IMG/VR virus record: IMGVR_UViG_2651869782_000025
Reading direction: 5' to 3' (one strand)
DNA: 64,000 bases
Source of the DNA: a virus
Lineage: Duplodnaviria > Heunggongvirae > Uroviricota > Caudoviricetes
Numbering within the stretch: position 1 is the stretch's first letter; each line of letters opens with the position of its first letter. The position numbers were made by a program, and so were the translations under genes. Positions 1 to 10,106 of this stretch are shown here, one piece after another. The notes under the pieces were generated by a model. That model did not search any database. It was not told the origin of the DNA and worked only from the letters and a program-made list of their open reading frames with translations.

Positions 1-1090
1 CATCGGCGTTCGCTGTATATCCACATACCTGGCATCTGAATTTACTTTGTGACAGGCGATTTTCTTTCGCGGTATGACCACAGCACGCGCAACGCTGGCT
101 TGTGTACGCTGGCGGCACTGCCAGTACCTGACCGCCATGCCAGAGCTGCTTATACTCAAGCTGGCGGCGCATTTCATACCAGCCCTGATCCAGTATCGAA
201 CGGTTTAAACCTGATTTTGCCCGGACATTGCGACCCGGCTGACTTATCGTACCCGCCGCTGACTTTGACATGTGTTTAACCTTCAAATCCTCAATGACAA
301 TCATTGCGTGGTTTTTGCTGATGATCGTTGTGACTTTATGAAGGTAGTCTCTGCGGATATTTGCGATACGGGAGTGCAGTTGCTGTATTTTGCGTTTCTG
401 CTTCTGCCAGTTGTTGCTGAATCTGACCTTGCGGCTTAACTGGCGCTGAAGTCTCGCCAGCTTTTTCTGGTTTTTCTGGAAACTGTTTACAGGCTCAAAG
501 ACTGTGCCATCTGACAGCGTGGCGAGCCTGGCCACGCCAGCATCCAGTCCGACCATTGATGCTGAAGGGTGAACAGGAGTGGATACTTCACTTTCTGTCT
601 GAATACTGATGTACCATTTACCGCAGGACTGGCTGACAGTGACATTTTTCACAATCCCCGTGACCTGCCGGCTGTTACGGTAGCGCATCCAGCCAAGTTT
701 CGGCAGAAAAATACGGCTGTTTTCCTGGTCGAGCTTAACACCCTGCGGGTAGCGGAATGCATCATTCTGTCCCCGCTTTTTGAATCGGGGAAAAGCCGCC
801 CGCTTCTGGAAGAAATTTTTGTAGGCCCGCTCAAGGTCTTTCAGTGACTGCTGCAATGGCTGTGAGGGAGAATCTTTAAGCCATTCGGTTTCAGTGTCTT
901 TTTTCCACTCAACCAACCAGGAAGCCATTTTCGTGTAAGGGATGTATTTATTCCCGGCCTCATAATTCTCATTCTGAAGTGCCAGTGCACGATTGAAAAC
1001 GAAACGACAAGCTCCGGCAAAGAGCCTCATTTGACGCTCCTGTTGACCACCGGGTCTTAACTGGAATTTAAATGCTTGTAGTCGCTTCAT
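1..1090 (-). mobile_element. tnpB: IS200/IS605-family TnpB (OrfB, RuvC-like), N-terminal and central part; C-terminus lies beyond the window start
   Basis: Minus-strand frame open from ATG at 1088-1090 to position 1 (absent from ORF track because truncated). My translation begins MKRLQAFKFQLRPGG... and ends in a CxxC...CxxC zinc-finger region (QRCACCGH...CQVCGY) typical of IS605 OrfB/TnpB. No tnpA-sized ORF nearby. Confidence 0.8.
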
Positions 1091-1128
1091 CCCACTATTT
1101 TAAACAAAAACAGTTAGGTGGAAAACCA

Positions 1129-1168
1129 CGCCTTATATCCCCGTCCTTCAGGGCGGGGATATAAGGCG
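1129..1168. repeat. Subterminal hairpin of the IS200/IS605-type element (imperfect palindrome, about 16-bp arms, 4-nt loop)
   Basis: CGCCTTATATCCCCGTCC-TTCA-GGGCGGGGATATAAGGCG read directly, immediately upstream of the tnpB start; IS200/IS605 ends carry such hairpins. Confidence 0.5.
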
Positions 1169-1251
1169 CACCGGATAACCCATTTAGGTTACATATTTTC
1201 GCCTTTAAAAAAAAGAGGTTATTAGATCCATTTATGTATTTATTAAACAGC

Positions 1252-1268
1252 AAATGCTCTAATAAATT
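1252..1268 (+). promoter_or_regulatory. C1-repressor operator-like 17-mer upstream of immI (Op51-like)
   Basis: AATGCTCTAATAAATTT, one mismatch to the P1 C1 operator consensus ATTGCTCTAATAAATTT. Confidence 0.55.
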
Positions 1269-1449
1269 TGTATTTTTAAGTCGCAAATGCTATCTTTTCG
1301 CATCATATTGACCTTTTAATCGTTCAGGCTTATAGTTCCGCCGTCGTAGCAAATTCTGCGACCGGGTTTAGCAGCCTGAATGTTAGTGCGGACAACCGCA
1401 GATATCCGATATTGCGGTATTTTTGTGTCCGTAAAACCGCGTTACGCCC

Positions 1450-1570
1450 AAATTATGGTGGGGCGTGATGGGGAGGCTTCGGCCTGCTGGTTTCACTAAC
1501 GCCAGTCTGCTAACCCCGTCACGTCCTGCCACCTGTTTAGCAGCGGGTAGCAGGTTGTTAAACCTGTTAG
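1450..1570 (+). ncRNA. c4: Probable c4 antisense-RNA region of immI (boundaries approximate)
   Basis: Non-coding GC-rich stretch directly upstream of icd. It contains GGGGAGG, complementary to CCTCCCC just upstream of the ant start (about 1772-1778), plus internal CACTAAC/GTTAGTG complementarity, consistent with the P1 c4 mechanism. Confidence 0.4.
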
Positions 1571-1583
1571 TGAGGCCGTAACT

Positions 1584-1805
1584 ATGGTTAATGCCAATCC
1601 TTGCGCACGCCCAGAATTCATCTGGCGTTTCTATTCCTGTAAAAAACACCACTATCACTTCGTTATCGCAGCAACTGAAGACGAAGCACGCTCTCAATTG
1701 CCTGATGGCCCCTGCATTTTTACTGCCCGTTTTTCTACTGACTCGCGCAATTCACTTAGTTACTGGAACCTCCCCTTCTCTGCCGACGTTCAGGGGGTTT
1801 TATGA
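1584..1805 (+). CDS. icd: Icd (interference with cell division), 73 aa
   Basis: 73-aa ORF immediately upstream of and overlapping the ant start (ATGA overlap at 1802-1805), matching P1 icd-ant1 coupling; a paralog occurs at 50508. Confidence 0.65.
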   Translation: MVNANPCARPEFIWRFYSCKKHHYHFVIAATEDEARSQLPDGPCIFTARFSTDSRNSLSYWNLPFSADVQGVL

Positions 1806-2845
1806 AAAAACCTCTCATCACCCGGAATGAAATAGCCGAAGCGATCGCTTTGCATACAACCTGTATGCCGACACGGGAGATCCCCGGCGCAATTGCCAAC
1901 TATTTCATGATAACCAGGCGTTTTTATACCCGAACAGATAAGGCTGTGATCAACAGGCTACTGATAGCCGAGATCAGGGATTATTTGATTGAACAAGGAC
2001 GTCTACGTTACGCAACAGTGGCAGCAGAAATGAGAAAGGAGGCACATAGAATGACCGGTAATAATTTGAATGTTGAAAAACCAGCACCTGTTACGTCAGC
2101 TACGCCAGCACCAACCGTGAATATTATCCCCAACACCGGAGACACAATCGACAGCCTGACATTGTTGAAGATGGTCAATGAGGCACGTAAGTTATGTGGA
2201 GAACCAGAGGTTAGAAACAATAAATTCATCGAAAAAATACTCGATGAACTTGAAGGTGAATTTTACACAAAAAGTGCAAAATCCCATGGCACAAGGGCCG
2301 GGCGCTCTTTTGAGGTCATAACCATGACCTATAAACAAGCCCTGCGAGTCGCCGCGCGCGAATCAAAAGCTGTCCGCCGTTCGCTGATCGACAAACTGGA
2401 AGAATTGCAGCAGGCAAACTCCCCTACTCCATCGATCCCCCAAACATTACCAGAAGCTCTACGCCTGGCTGCCGAGTTGGCAGAACAGAAAATGCAGCTG
2501 GAACAACAGCTGGTGGCCGCTGCCCCTAAAGTCGATTTTGCCGACCGGGTATCAGTGGCCAATGGAATCCTGATCGGTAACTTTGCAAAGGTCGTTGGAC
2601 TTAAGCAAAACGCCCTTTTCTCATGGTTGCGCCAGAACGGCATTATCATGGCTTTTGGTGCGCGCAAAAACGTACCGCGCCAACAGTACATCAACGCCGG
2701 GTATTTCACGGTGAAAGAAGTGGTACTGGATGATGAAAATGGCTACCAGATACGGCTGACGCCCCAATTAACGGGTAAAGGCCAGCAGTGGTTAACTCGC
2801 AAGCTACTTGATGCTGGTTTGTTAAAACCAGTAGCAATAGGTTAA
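1802..2845 (+). CDS. ant1: Antirepressor Ant1 (Ant2 would be an in-frame internal start); C-terminal KilAC domain
   Basis: 347-aa ORF. Its C-terminal about 130 aa (PQTLPEALRLAAELAEQK...GKGQQWLTRKLLDAGLL) is shared with the KilA ORF and the second Ant-like ORF, a KilAC-type antirepressor domain. Confidence 0.7.
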   Translation: MKKPLITRNEIAEAIALHTTCMPTREIPGAIANYFMITRRFYTRTDKAVINRLLIAEIRDYLIEQGRLRYATVAAEMRKEAHRMTGNNLNVEKPAPVTSATPAPTVNIIPNTGDTIDSLTLLKMVNEARKLCGEPEVRNNKFIEKILDELEGEFYTKSAKSHGTRAGRSFEVITMTYKQALRVAARESKAVRRSLIDKLEELQQANSPTPSIPQTLPEALRLAAELAEQKMQLEQQLVAAAPKVDFADRVSVANGILIGNFAKVVGLKQNALFSWLRQNGIIMAFGARKNVPRQQYINAGYFTVKEVVLDDENGYQIRLTPQLTGKGQQWLTRKLLDAGLLKPVAIG

Positions 2846-2922
2846 CAAAAGAAAAAACCTGCCAGCAAACTGGCAAGTTTCTGAGCAGATCGACCAACCC
2901 GATCTGGATCGAGTTAGAAAAA

Positions 2923-2939
2923 TTTGCTCTAATAAATTT
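2923..2939 (+). promoter_or_regulatory. C1 operator-like 17-mer upstream of kilA-repL (Op53-like)
   Basis: TTTGCTCTAATAAATTT, one mismatch to consensus, about 70 bp upstream of the kilA start. Confidence 0.6.
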
Positions 2940-3008
2940 CGTTTTCTAAGTGCAAAGAATCACCATTTCGAGCTGGTGATTGAAGGTTGATGCAAATTTG
3001 GAGAAAAA

Positions 3009-3809
3009 ATGCAACAAACATTCAATGCGGATATGAATATATCAAACCTTCATCAAAATGTCGATCCTTCAACCACTCTGCCTGTTATTTGTGGTGTTGA
3101 AATTACGACCGACCGCGCTGGCCGTTACAACCTTAATGCTCTACACAGAGCGAGCGGACTCGGTGCCCATAAAGCGCCAGCTCAATGGCTAAGAACGCTA
3201 TCAGCCAAACAGCTCATCGAAGAGCTTGAAAAAGAAACTATGCAGAATTGCATAGTTTCGTTCGAAGGCCGTAGCGGCGGCACTTTTGCCCATGAATTGC
3301 TCGCTGTGGAGTACGCAGGCTGGATTTCCCCCGCGTTTCGGCTGAAGGTAAACCAGACATTTATCGACTATCGAGCCGGAAGATTACAACCTGCTATTCC
3401 GCAGAGTCTCCCTGAAGCCCTCCGATTGGCTGCCGACCTGGCAGAGCAAAAGCAACGGCTGGAGCAAAAAATGCTTATGGATGCACCTAAAGTCGAATTC
3501 GCCGAACGCGTTGCTACCGCCAGCGGGGTTCTAATCGGCAACTATGCCAAAGTGCTCGGCCTGGGCCAAAACTATCTCTTCACCTGGTTGCGTGATAACG
3601 GAATTCTGATCGCAACCGGTGAACGCAGGAACGTCCCCAAACAAGAATACATATCCCGTGGGTACTTCACCCTCAAAGAAACCGTGATCGATACAAGCAA
3701 CGGAAGCAGGATTTCTTTCACGACTCGTATAACCGGCAAAGGTCAGCAGTGGCTGATGAAGCGATTGCTTGATGCTGGTGTGCTGGTACCTGTCGCGGCT
3801 ACGCGCTAA
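3009..3809 (+). CDS. kilA: KilA (KilA-N plus KilAC domains)
   Basis: 266-aa ORF directly upstream of repL; C-terminus paralogous to Ant; size and position match P1 kilA. Confidence 0.7.
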   Translation: MQQTFNADMNISNLHQNVDPSTTLPVICGVEITTDRAGRYNLNALHRASGLGAHKAPAQWLRTLSAKQLIEELEKETMQNCIVSFEGRSGGTFAHELLAVEYAGWISPAFRLKVNQTFIDYRAGRLQPAIPQSLPEALRLAADLAEQKQRLEQKMLMDAPKVEFAERVATASGVLIGNYAKVLGLGQNYLFTWLRDNGILIATGERRNVPKQEYISRGYFTLKETVIDTSNGSRISFTTRITGKGQQWLMKRLLDAGVLVPVAATR

Positions 3810-3838
3810 CAGACGTAGTAAGAACCACCAGCATTGTA

Positions 3839-4681
3839 ATGCTGGCTAAAGTCACTTTCCTGAGCTGTATAACGATGAGCGATTTTACTTTTTCTGGCTA
3901 TGAATTGGCCTGCTTTGTAACACACTCCGGTCTATCCCGTAGCGCCGGGCATATCCTGTCGCAATGTGCAAATCTCGCGGCAACAACCAGTGAATACTTC
4001 ATTCACAAGCCCCACCGCCTGATCGCGGCAGAAACTGGTTATAGCCAATCAACCGTCGTTCGTGCATTCCGTGAAGCTGTAAACAAAGGAATTCTGTCTG
4101 TAGAGATTGTTATCGGCGATCACCGTGAACGTCGCGCTAACCTGTACCGGTTTACACCATCCTTTTTGGCCTTCGCACAACAAGCCAAAAATGCGCTGAT
4201 TGAAAGCAAATTAAAGATCTCTTCAGCGGCAACCAAGGTTAAAGCTGTTCTCGCTAAGACATTGGCTTTATTTAATTTTTTATCCACACCCCCATGTCAA
4301 AATGATACCCCCTCCCCCTGTCAGGATGACGTGGCAATAAAGAATAAGAAGTCACAAATTAAAAAAACAAAAAGATCAGTTTCCGGCGGTGCCGGAACGA
4401 CCAGACTCAAAAAATTGACTTCATGGATCGCTGAGGCAAAAGCAAAGGCTGACAATCTGCGGTTATCCAAAAAACGCGCTGAAAAACATGAGTTCAAGCA
4501 GAAAGTAGAGGCGGCAGCGCGGAAATATGCTTACCTGAAGAACAAGCGTTCTCCTGATATTGGCGGGGTATCAAACTTCGATAATCTGCCGCATTGCATG
4601 ACGGTAAACGAAGCTATGGATATGGTCCTATCTACCAGAAAAGAAAAGGAATTTTATATTCCAACTGGTTTTCGCGGATGA
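3839..4681 (+). CDS. repL: RepL lytic replication initiator (oriL expected inside the gene)
   Basis: 280-aa ORF following kilA; P1 RepL is about 281 aa in the same arrangement. Confidence 0.7.
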   Translation: MLAKVTFLSCITMSDFTFSGYELACFVTHSGLSRSAGHILSQCANLAATTSEYFIHKPHRLIAAETGYSQSTVVRAFREAVNKGILSVEIVIGDHRERRANLYRFTPSFLAFAQQAKNALIESKLKISSAATKVKAVLAKTLALFNFLSTPPCQNDTPSPCQDDVAIKNKKSQIKKTKRSVSGGAGTTRLKKLTSWIAEAKAKADNLRLSKKRAEKHEFKQKVEAAARKYAYLKNKRSPDIGGVSNFDNLPHCMTVNEAMDMVLSTRKEKEFYIPTGFRG

Positions 4682-4776
4682 TCGCGAATGATAGAATCTT
4701 TACGTGTATTTAACGCTCAATACACACTATTTTGTCACCAGTATTATTTTTAACGTTTTTATAGGTAACTTTTTCC

Positions 4777-5292
4777 ATGAAAAAAGTAGTTTTAACGGCC
4801 CTTCTGGCATGTGCCTTGGGGGTTGCTGGGACTGCCTCCGCATATCAGCACACACTCTCCTTAGACTTTGCCCAAGGAAGCGCAACGGTTAAAGGCGGAG
4901 ATATAAAAGATCCAAAAGGCGTGAATATTAAATATCGCTACGAAATGGATTCTACGTGGGGTGGATTAGCTTCGGTCACTTACGAAAAGTCAAACACAAA
5001 CCTATGGAATGCCGCCAAAGCCAAGGTTGAGTATGCCTCATTTACTTTTGGTCCGTCATACAGATTCAATGAATTAATGAGTGCATACGGCTTGGTGGGT
5101 TTAAGCCATGCGGATGCAACAGCAAAACTGAATGGACAGTCATATGCTGGTTTTGGAACCGATTTTGCTTATGGACTTGGGCTTCAATTTAACCCATCTC
5201 CGCAGTTTGCTGTTGACCTTTCGTATGAACGCTCTAAACCAGGTGATCTAAGCAATAGCATTTGGATGCTTGGTGTCGGTTACCGATTTTAA
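4777..5292 (+). CDS. Ail/Lom/OmpX/PagC/Rck-family 8-strand outer-membrane beta-barrel protein
   Basis: 171 aa with signal peptide MKKVVLTALLACALGVAGTASA and C-terminal ...GVGYRF ending in Phe, the family hallmark; alternating aromatic/hydrophobic strands. Confidence 0.75.
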   Translation: MKKVVLTALLACALGVAGTASAYQHTLSLDFAQGSATVKGGDIKDPKGVNIKYRYEMDSTWGGLASVTYEKSNTNLWNAAKAKVEYASFTFGPSYRFNELMSAYGLVGLSHADATAKLNGQSYAGFGTDFAYGLGLQFNPSPQFAVDLSYERSKPGDLSNSIWMLGVGYRF

Positions 5293-5301
5293 CTATTTAG
5301 T

Positions 5302-5335
5302 CCCTCTGCCCTACGCAGAGGGATTTATACTTTGC
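5302..5335 (+). terminator. Rho-independent terminator candidate after the OMP gene
   Basis: Hairpin CCCTCTGC-CCTAC-GCAGAGGG followed by a T-rich tract. Confidence 0.45.
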
Positions 5336-5339
5336 TCTG

Positions 5340-5603
5340 GTGATATTCGTTATGTTCATTGAGACTAACGCTATGACTATCCTGGTATCTATTCCCATCT
5401 ATATACTAATTGGTGGACTGATATACGCATTAAGTCGATATATTTTGCGAGCTAATGCAGAAATGGCCTGGTGGGATCGTTTTTGGATAATGATTTTTTT
5501 TGGCATATTCTGGCCATTAGGGATCATGTTTGCTGCAACATTTCTTCTGATGTGGATATTCACCCTTCCAGGTGATTTCTATAGAAAAAAAGCCAGACAT
5601 TGA
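5340..5603 (+). CDS. Small hydrophobic membrane protein (hypothetical)
   Basis: 87-aa ORF, strongly AT-rich, two or three predicted TM helices; the true start may be the internal Met (MTILVS...). Confidence 0.35.
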   Translation: MIFVMFIETNAMTILVSIPIYILIGGLIYALSRYILRANAEMAWWDRFWIMIFFGIFWPLGIMFAATFLLMWIFTLPGDFYRKKARH

Positions 5604-5785
5604 TACACCCGCTGCGGTGTGCTTGAGGCTATCTGCTTCAGGCATTCCCCGAAAAGCAGATAGAAGAAAGCCCCAGTAAACATTATGCGTCCCGCACAAC
5701 GCTTAACATTAACCGGGGCCATACCTATGCTTAGCGTACTTAGATTAATCCTCTCCTCTGTCAAGGAGCAAGGAATTTTTTACTG

Positions 5786-6418
5786 CTATGCCGCCTTTCC
5801 AGTTATGGATTCTGCGACAAGAACAACACCATGCTTACTTCGATCCGGATGTTCACTCCATATCTCGGATTCAGGAATACTTTTCCCGTCATAGCAAACA
5901 CGTTCGCCGTCAAACGGGTAATACTGAGCGGCATCGGTGTCGAGGATAAACACTTTTAGCTCGGAAGAGCGACGGGCGATATGTTGCCAAAGAGCTTTTC
6001 CACCTTCGTATTGCTCATTATCACTGAGCAAAACAACACCAGCTTTTGAGGCTACGGTTTCGTAAACAAAAGTAGCTAAACCGACATCCCGGACAGTTCC
6101 ATCAACCACGATACCTTCAATCTGGGCAACATCGCTATCCTCCCAGAACTTCCTTACCAGTACGCCTTCAAGCTGCGGGCGACGTTGAAGTTCAAGAGTA
6201 GCGACAACCTTATGCCGCATATCACCATCGATAACAGAAGGCGCAGCCTCTATTACAGCTGCAAATGGGGTTTTGGAATCCCATATAACCTGGTAAAGCA
6301 CACCCTGGATGGTAACTCCGTCCAGGATCGAAAATCGACGAGCGACAGTACCCGGGGAGTACGACATTGGAATCACAGCCATTTTAGAGTCCCCCTTTAA
6401 CAGTACAGGCACAAACAT
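5786..6418 (-). CDS. Hypothetical phage late protein
   Basis: 210-aa ORF co-oriented with the late structural block; likely start at the internal MAVIPMSY. Confidence 0.45.
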   Translation of the reverse strand: MFVPVLLKGDSKMAVIPMSYSPGTVARRFSILDGVTIQGVLYQVIWDSKTPFAAVIEAAPSVIDGDMRHKVVATLELQRRPQLEGVLVRKFWEDSDVAQIEGIVVDGTVRDVGLATFVYETVASKAGVVLLSDNEQYEGGKALWQHIARRSSELKVFILDTDAAQYYPFDGERVCYDGKSIPESEIWSEHPDRSKHGVVLVAESITGKAA

Positions 6419-6553
6419 CTACCTCAATAATTGTAGTTTATTAGAACATTAATAATCTAACATAAAACTCCAGACAATGTTATCGATGCATTTTTATATA
6501 AAATAGTTATAAAAAAAGCTCCCGAAGGAGCTTTAAAATACAAGGGATGACTC

Positions 6554-7063
6554 TTAATCCCACTCAATCCAGTTGTAGACGATACGAAGTGACGGGCGCA
6601 CAGCGGCAGTCACATCTTCGGTACTAAAGTCGATTGCATCACTGTAGATTTTGCAGTCCAACATTTCAATTGTTGTAGCAGCTTTTGTCACAGCGTTAAC
6701 CCCGGAGGATTTGGATTCAGGGGTAGCAGCCATAGTGATATCAACATAGTCCTTTGCCGCAATGCGATCTTTAATGAACTGAAGAATATCGCCTTCGATA
6801 GTCTCCACGCACTGGACCTGGATTTCCCCAGAGTTTCGAATTGGTCCGTGCTGGTTGAACTTCACACCATTCGGACCATAGTCCTCCACATCCTCGCGAG
6901 TCATTTCAGGGATTTGCGACGTACGAACAAGTACACTGATATCTTCATAGCCTGCAAAAGTGAGCTGGAATTCAGAAGATACCAGTCGTTCGCCTTTGGC
7001 CGCGTTGGCAGTATAGCGGCCCTTAATAAATTTACGGTTTCCCTTAGTGTTATTGTGCCCCAT
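6554..7063 (-). CDS. Phage structural protein, possibly tail tube (P1 gene 21-like)
   Basis: 169 aa, size and position relative to the putative sheath and head genes; no diagnostic motif seen. Confidence 0.4.
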   Translation of the reverse strand: MGHNNTKGNRKFIKGRYTANAAKGERLVSSEFQLTFAGYEDISVLVRTSQIPEMTREDVEDYGPNGVKFNQHGPIRNSGEIQVQCVETIEGDILQFIKDRIAAKDYVDITMAATPESKSSGVNAVTKAATTIEMLDCKIYSDAIDFSTEDVTAAVRPSLRIVYNWIEWD

Positions 7064-7074
7064 ATAAAATCCTT

Positions 7075-7521
7075 TTACTGGAACGCCCGAACAATATCGG
7101 AGCTGTTATATATCGAAGAACCGGTCAACTGGAGGTTGACGGTGTTTTTCAGGAAATATCCATTACTGTCCCTTGGCGCATCGAGATCAAAACTTAAGTC
7201 CTGGATAGCGACATCGGTGATGTTGATCCGGCGACCAATGTTTAGCGTCACACGTTCCGGGATTCGACCACCAACATTGGCCGCTTTTAGTTCCGGGCTA
7301 ATCATGGCTGTCAACGCGGCGATAGCGCCTGAAACTTCAATGAATGGATTGTTCAAAGCAATGAAAGTTACGGGCAGCGTGAACGTCGGCGGTGTCCCCC
7401 CTTCCCAAACCATTAAGCTGTTCCAACGGGCAACCGACGTTGTTTCAGTACCTACTTGCACAACCCCCCCAGAGCGCCAGAAACAGACCCCATGGACATA
7501 CCAGTAAACGGTGCTTCCCAA
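7075..7521 (-). CDS. Hypothetical phage structural protein (may be joined with ORF 7452-7655 by a frameshift)
   Basis: 148-aa ORF overlapping a 67-aa ORF in another frame on the same strand. Confidence 0.35.
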   Translation of the reverse strand: MGSTVYWYVHGVCFWRSGGVVQVGTETTSVARWNSLMVWEGGTPPTFTLPVTFIALNNPFIEVSGAIAALTAMISPELKAANVGGRIPERVTLNIGRRINITDVAIQDLSFDLDAPRDSNGYFLKNTVNLQLTGSSIYNSSDIVRAFQ

Positions 7522-7690
7522 TTCTGGGCCATGTTCATTGCCGCCCCCTGGCTGATATATCCGGTAACCTGGTACTGAGAGTTCGTTAAAGTAACTTTCA
7601 GAAATGGCGATACACCGTCAGCCTGGCTGTAAACCCCATAAGGTATAGGTGCCATTCAAGTTAAAGGCCGGAGTTCTCCGGCCTCCTCCT

Positions 7691-8473
7691 TTAGCCGAGG
7701 CGCTTACGGCGCAGTTTCATTGACTTTTTGCGGGCAAGTTTTGCCGCGCCGGTCTGGGCTTTTCGACGCGCTTTTTTCAGCGCCGATTTTTGAGCCGCAG
7801 TCAGACGTTTTTTACGCAGGCGTTTACGGATGAGTTTGATCTCACCGTTACGAACAACCTTCTTAAATGCTTCAGTCAGCATTTCATCAGAAGTGCCAGC
7901 AACAACAAACGCCGCTTCCAGTTCGTCACGGTCATCGCTATCTAAACCAGCGATAGAGGCACCAACATCAGCAGCTGCGTCGTCGTCTTCATCGTCAGCC
8001 AGAGCTTCGATCAGGTCATCATCTACACCGCATGCTGCGAGGAAGTCAGCAACATTTGCCCATGCTTCGTTATAGGCATCGTCCTGTTCTTCTGTAACTT
8101 CGGAGTCGTCGTCATCAGAAATACCAGCGATAGCCTGAACGAAACCATCAAGGGAGTCGAAAGTCAGATCACCGCTATCAGCCCAGGCGAAAACGGCGTC
8201 GGCCGCATCACTCAACGCATTCTGCATAGCACTTCGATTTGCAGCTTCCAGAATCATCTGGTGCGCCTGTTCGACGGTCCATTCTTTACCGTCTTTCCCT
8301 TCCAGGATTTGCTCAGGAGCCGGGGCAGATGGAACGTTATCGTTAGTCTGTACCGCCGATTCCGGATTATTATTAATAACCGGATCTGTTGGCGGTTCGG
8401 CGCTTGCTCGGGCAGACTCCATCAGCTGCACAGGATCAGAGTTCAAAGCGAAACGAGACAGTCCATTCCCCAA
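7691..8473 (-). CDS. Highly acidic protein with Lys/Arg-rich C-terminal tail (possible scaffold or internal protein)
   Basis: 260 aa; D/E-rich centre and a C-terminal K/R-rich tail read from the translation. Confidence 0.45.
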   Translation of the reverse strand: MGNGLSRFALNSDPVQLMESARASAEPPTDPVINNNPESAVQTNDNVPSAPAPEQILEGKDGKEWTVEQAHQMILEAANRSAMQNALSDAADAVFAWADSGDLTFDSLDGFVQAIAGISDDDDSEVTEEQDDAYNEAWANVADFLAACGVDDDLIEALADDEDDDAAADVGASIAGLDSDDRDELEAAFVVAGTSDEMLTEAFKKVVRNGEIKLIRKRLRKKRLTAAQKSALKKARRKAQTGAAKLARKKSMKLRRKRLG

Positions 8474-8516
8474 AAATGCCCCGGATTGAAAAAAAGTTTT
8501 TGCTCATTGTATTCCC

Positions 8517-10106
8517 TTACTTAATAAGCAGCGGTACGCCCTGGATACGACGGGCTACGCCAGTCGGGCAGCAGGCCCAGACTACTTCCCATTTATCGAA
8601 TTCCGCCTGCGTAACTTTCAGCACATACGGTTCTGTACCGTCAGCATCAGGATCACGAGGAGCCACCAGAGCGCCGGAGGCGACAAAGCGATCTAAAAGT
8701 TTGGTCATCCCTTTAGTCAGGCCAGCCGCAGTAATACCGTCCGGGCTATGCTTCATCTGGCGGGCTAACTGGACAAAGAAACGGCTGATTGCATTCATCA
8801 GGGATGGGACGTGCTGGAAGTGCAGATAGTTATCCTGCGTGCAGCAAGTTAAAGCATCGTCGATGATCATCTGGCCAGAGGTGCCAACGGATACTTTATT
8901 GAGACGGCCCTTGACCATTGCTTCTTCGTCCGGGGTATCTTCCGGATACAGCGGTTGAATTGACGCACGAGCAATGACGGCACGTTCTTCACCAGCCGGT
9001 GAGTAATGCCAACCGCCGACATCAGAGTTTTTCTTGACGCCACGAGCTTTCGCCGCGTACGCCACGCCAGACAGACCAAAGACCACACGGGATTGGGTCC
9101 ATTTGTCTTTGCAGGAGAACGGGTAGTGATAGACAGAACAGCTTACATAATCGGTACCAAGTAAACCGGTATCTTCAACAGCAGACAGCGCTTCCGTGTA
9201 CGTCAATGTCGGTTTAACATCAAAGAAGCCATCAATCAGGCGATCAGAACAGATATTACCTAACGCAGTGATCGCCGCATTGTCATAGCAGCCCAGGCCA
9301 AGAACAGCGGTGTACATGTACGGGGCATTGTTCAGCACTTTCACCGCACGCAGGTACGCAGCAGTTGAGATTTTCGATTGATCACCGTTGGTACCACCGG
9401 TGAACGCCAACGATTTTTTGTTTGTTACTTTCGCTGTCGAAATCAGCTCTTCATTAACAACCGCGCGCAGATATTTAGAACGGGCTTCCAGAGCCGTAGG
9501 CAGATAACACAAGCGGCCCATGTCATCTTTCGCTTCTTCCGCCAAAGACACAGTGTGTGTCTCCAGGGTCGTTACCACACCGAGCGAAGTCGTCTGGGTC
9601 AGTTTTAAGAGGAAGCGTTCATTGCCTGCACTGTCCGCTGTTGCCGTTTCGATGGTTAACTCACGGGTAGGTGAAATACACGGATCACCATCATCAACGT
9701 AGATAGCAAAGGCTTCGCCGCTATCAAGTTCAATTTCAGAACCGTATGGCAACGCACTGTTAGCTGGTTCGCCTGATTCATCGAACATAATAACCGGGAA
9801 CTTCGCATCATCCGGAACAGCACGGACAACATAACCAGACGTTTGCTGAATAGCTTCGTACACATGGCGAATTGGTTCGAACTGTGAGCCGGAAGACGGT
9901 TTCAGCGGTTCGCCGAGAACATCTTCGTAATTGGACTCAGTAACAGCGAGAACAGTAAACGGCTTGCCACGCGCAAATACGCCAATACCAGCCCACAAGC
10001 TGCTATTTAATGCAACACCGGTAGATAACGTCGCATCGGCATTGATCGGGCTAACCGCGACGCCGGATGCATTACCTAATGACTGTTGAATTGAATATTG
10101 AGACAT
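8517..10106 (-). CDS. Large phage structural protein, possibly tail sheath (P1 gene 22-like)
   Basis: 529-aa ORF between the tube-like and head-like genes in the late block; assignment by size and synteny only. Confidence 0.4.
   Translation of the reverse strand: MSQYSIQQSLGNASGVAVSPINADATLSTGVALNSSLWAGIGVFARGKPFTVLAVTESNYEDVLGEPLKPSSGSQFEPIRHVYEAIQQTSGYVVRAVPDDAKFPVIMFDESGEPANSALPYGSEIELDSGEAFAIYVDDGDPCISPTRELTIETATADSAGNERFLLKLTQTTSLGVVTTLETHTVSLAEEAKDDMGRLCYLPTALEARSKYLRAVVNEELISTAKVTNKKSLAFTGGTNGDQSKISTAAYLRAVKVLNNAPYMYTAVLGLGCYDNAAITALGNICSDRLIDGFFDVKPTLTYTEALSAVEDTGLLGTDYVSCSVYHYPFSCKDKWTQSRVVFGLSGVAYAAKARGVKKNSDVGGWHYSPAGEERAVIARASIQPLYPEDTPDEEAMVKGRLNKVSVGTSGQMIIDDALTCCTQDNYLHFQHVPSLMNAISRFFVQLARQMKHSPDGITAAGLTKGMTKLLDRFVASGALVAPRDPDADGTEPYVLKVTQAEFDKWEVVWACCPTGVARRIQGVPLLIK

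Noticed and set aside
2008-2709. Antisense ORFs within ant1
   Set aside because: Nested opposite the antirepressor gene; Ala/Ser-rich low-complexity translations.
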